The notes below the pieces were generated by a model. It worked only from the letters and a program-made list of their open reading frames with translations. It was not told the DNA's origin and searched no databases. From Patescibacteria group bacterium (GTDB taxonomy: Bacteria > Patescibacteriota > Minisyncoccia > Minisyncoccales > Staskawiczbacteraceae): a stretch of 44,517 bases of DNA. Made by a program: the position numbers and the translations under genes. The stretch is taken from NCBI GenBank assembly GCA_038065755.1, contig JBBTQJ010000020.1, positions 1-44,517 of the forward strand. The letters run 5' to 3'. Of this stretch, positions 42,511-44,517 are shown one piece after another (positions within the stretch are counted from its first letter, which is position 1; every line of letters starts with the position of its first letter).

Positions 42511-43872
42511 CTACTTGTCGGCGCCCATGCCGTCTTTAAAAACCCCCTTTCTAATCCACCTCTGCCATCCCATTCTTTTTTTTGTTGTTATGTAATAAAT
42601 ACTTTTTACAATTGCCTGAAACTCAACAAAGTCCATAACATAAAAAAGCAACCATGCTATGGGCGCCAACGGAAGAAGATTTTTGTGATATTTTTTACTT
42701 GAATCGGAAGAAATCTGAAAAACGATTACTATCGTCAAGAACCCTATAAAAAACAGCAGTGGGAAAAAATCATTGGTATAAAATGTATAGAAATAAAACA
42801 CTGTCAAAAGCGGATACTCCATTAGAAGCAATAATTCATTAAAAAGGGCTATTGGCAGAATGAGAAAGCTTAAATAAGCATTATGTTTCTTGTCTAAACT
42901 AAAAAACAGTCTGCGGTATTTATAAAATGTCATCAACCTGCCGTATTTCCACCTCAAACGTTGCTTTATCAAACTCTTCATATCCGACGGACCCTCGGTG
43001 TAAACTACTGCATTATCGGCGTATTTTACCGAATACCCCAAATATTGCAAACGAGTTGAAAGTTCAATATCTTCGGTTATTATGTTTTCGTCAAATCCGC
43101 CCGAGCCAACAATAACTCTTTTTCTATACGCTGCCGCAGCGCCACCCACAATGTAAACCGCGCTTAAAATTGAATCCGCCCTTTTAAAATAAAATCCATA
43201 AAGATATTCAAGTTGTTGTAGCAGCCCAAGTGTTCTTCTTTTGTTTCCTATAATCACATTACCTGCCACTCCGGCAACTTTAGGATTAATAAAGTGCGTT
43301 ACTATATTCCCGATAAACCGTTTGTCCATAACGCTGTCGGCATCAATTGTAACAATAATTTCGTTTCGCGCCATAGATAAGCCCCTGTTTAGGGCATAAG
43401 ATTTTCCATTGTTAGCGATTTTTTTGTACTTTATTGGCACATTGCCATTTTTTTTAAGATAATTCCTTATAAAAGCATTAACGATTTTATCGGTTGAATC
43501 GGTTGAGCCATCGTTAACTATAATGATTTCAAGGCGGGGGTAATTCGTTCTAATAACCGAACTTATCGTTAGCGCAATACCCACTTCTTCGTTGTGAGCT
43601 GATATAAGAACCGATACGGAAGGATAATATAAACGGCCGTATTTTGTCAATTTAAAAAATTTTTGTACGGGATAAAAAGGAGCCACAAAAAGATAAAGAA
43701 CATATTTAAATAAAATCGGAGTGAATAGTAGCAGTATAAAAAGGCGGATACTTGAGAAAAGGTTTGTTGAATTATATCTTTCCGATGCGCCAAGGTAAAA
43801 AAACCATATAGTAATGATATAAAATATGGTTATCAGAACAACTTTTGATAATAATTCTTTTCTTAAATTCAT
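42511..43872 (-). CDS. processive family-2 glycosyltransferase with integral membrane domains (PgaC/NodC/cellulose-synthase-like)
   Basis: NDGSTD, DADS (DxD) and QRLRW (QxxRW) motifs, with flanking TM helices. Confidence 0.8.
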   Translation of the reverse strand: MNLRKELLSKVVLITIFYIITIWFFYLGASERYNSTNLFSSIRLFILLLFTPILFKYVLYLFVAPFYPVQKFFKLTKYGRLYYPSVSVLISAHNEEVGIALTISSVIRTNYPRLEIIIVNDGSTDSTDKIVNAFIRNYLKKNGNVPIKYKKIANNGKSYALNRGLSMARNEIIVTIDADSVMDKRFIGNIVTHFINPKVAGVAGNVIIGNKRRTLGLLQQLEYLYGFYFKRADSILSAVYIVGGAAAAYRKRVIVGSGGFDENIITEDIELSTRLQYLGYSVKYADNAVVYTEGPSDMKSLIKQRLRWKYGRLMTFYKYRRLFFSLDKKHNAYLSFLILPIALFNELLLLMEYPLLTVFYFYTFYTNDFFPLLFFIGFLTIVIVFQISSDSSKKYHKNLLPLAPIAWLLFYVMDFVEFQAIVKSIYYITTKKRMGWQRWIRKGVFKDGMGADK

Positions 43873-43874
43873 CT

Positions 43875-44044
43875 AATTACCTTGAATTACGAAATGACCT
43901 TCAATTCTTTATATTTTAGTTTTAGCTGCAAATTTGCTATAACTCGTCGGCGTATCCTGCGGATATGCCTCCTCGTTCTATCAAATTTTCGCTTCAAAAC
44001 CAAAATAAAATAATTCGGAAGGCATTTCGTAACTCAAGGTAATT
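43875..44044. repeat. 170-bp long imperfect palindrome, family C copy 2 (abuts the GT2 start codon)
   Basis: 28-29 nt terminal stem taattaccttgaattacgaaatgaccttc/gaaggcatttcgtaactcaaggtaatta. The core matches 18341-18501 in the opposite orientation. Confidence 0.85.
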
Positions 44045-44146
44045 ATAAAGTTTAAAATCATAACGCTATTATTTTAAATGGTGTTTGTTAAAATTTCAAT
44101 GAAATGAAGCGTTAATTTTCATATTTATAAACGAGAAATAAAAACA

Positions 44147-44179
44147 AATAGAGGTTATTTATCATAAATAACCTCTATT
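44147..44179 (-). terminator. intrinsic terminator after rpmG
   Basis: 15-bp perfect palindrome aatagaggttattta-tca-taaataacctctatt, followed by TGTTTTTATTT on the minus strand. Confidence 0.65.
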
Positions 44180-44200
44180 AACTTCTGGTTAAAAACGCTA

Positions 44201-44362
44201 TTATTTGCGACTTTCCTTATGCAGAGTGTGTTTTTTGCAGGATTTGCAAAATTTGCTCAGTTCTAATTTTTTTTCCGCGGTTTTTTTGGTTTTTTTAGTA
44301 AAATAATTCGTCATTTTGCAAGCCGTGCACTGCATTTTTAAAAACGGTTTTTTTGTTGCCAT
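44201..44362 (-). CDS. rpmG: 50S ribosomal protein L33 (53 aa; too short for the supplied ORF track)
   Basis: Manual translation: MATKKPFLKMQCTACKMTNYFTKKTKKTAEKKLELSKFCKSCKKHTLHKESRK. CxxC...CxxC and KLEL.KFC..C.KHT.HKE are typical of L33. Confidence 0.85.
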   Translation of the reverse strand: MATKKPFLKMQCTACKMTNYFTKKTKKTAEKKLELSKFCKSCKKHTLHKESRK

Positions 44363-44457
44363 AACAATTTTAAACAAAGTTTAAAATTGAATTTTTAATT
44401 TTAAATTTTCAATTTTAAAACAATTTTTAATTTTTTAATTTTTAATTTTGAAACGTG

Positions 44458-44517
44458 AGCCGATGACCAGATTTGAACTGGTGACCTTTCCCTTACCATG
44501 GGAGTGCTCTACCAGCT
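44458..44517 (-). tRNA. tRNA-Thr (anticodon GGT), 5' end cut by the window edge
   Basis: rc reads AGCTGGTAGAGC-ACTCCC-ATGGTAA-GGGAA-AGGTC-ACCAG-TTCAAAT-CTGGT-CATCGGC-T. Confidence 0.75.

Noticed and set aside
44363-44457. Possible CRISPR-like or tandem array in taatttttaa-rich sequence
   Set aside because: It has no regular repeat-spacer periodicity and is only AT low-complexity DNA. No cas genes are in the window.

Overview
AT-rich, gene-dense window coded almost entirely on the minus strand under the standard genetic code. The small housekeeping-only gene set suggests a reduced Patescibacteria/CPR-like bacterium (inference). Recognisable content: a scattered cell-wall/division set (mraY, a D,D-carboxypeptidase, murC, mltG, and mraZ-rsmH-ftsL-ftsI); translation genes (aspS, tyrS, efp, prmC, rplU, rplJ-rplL with an L10 leader, rpmG); four complete or partial tRNAs (Glu-CTC, Val-CAC, Trp-CCA, partial Thr-GGT); a MacA/MacB-type ABC efflux trio; a VirD4/TraD-like ATPase operon; a membrane-anchored Clp-like AAA+ protein; pyrB; rmuC; a RAYT-type HUH transposase; an orphan GHKL ATPase beside NYN and DUF4258-like genes; and an isoprenoid set (isopentenyl phosphate kinase, Nudix, uppS, polyprenyl synthase), three genes of which are visibly more GC-rich than the rest. 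The most unusual signal is non-coding. (i) A 16-17 nt quasi-palindromic motif, TTTGTCGCA(C/T)AATAAAA, recurs about 12 times at transcription-unit boundaries and is once split exactly by an 18-bp palindrome. (ii) At least four families of structured palindromic repeats occur, two of them with covarying stems. (iii) Three GC-rich palindromic elements sit in-frame inside intact genes (murC, thpR, the RAYT gene). (iv) There is a triple tandem hairpin module and a promoter-to-terminator mini-transcript. All functional readings of these elements are hypotheses. No database search or folding program was run.
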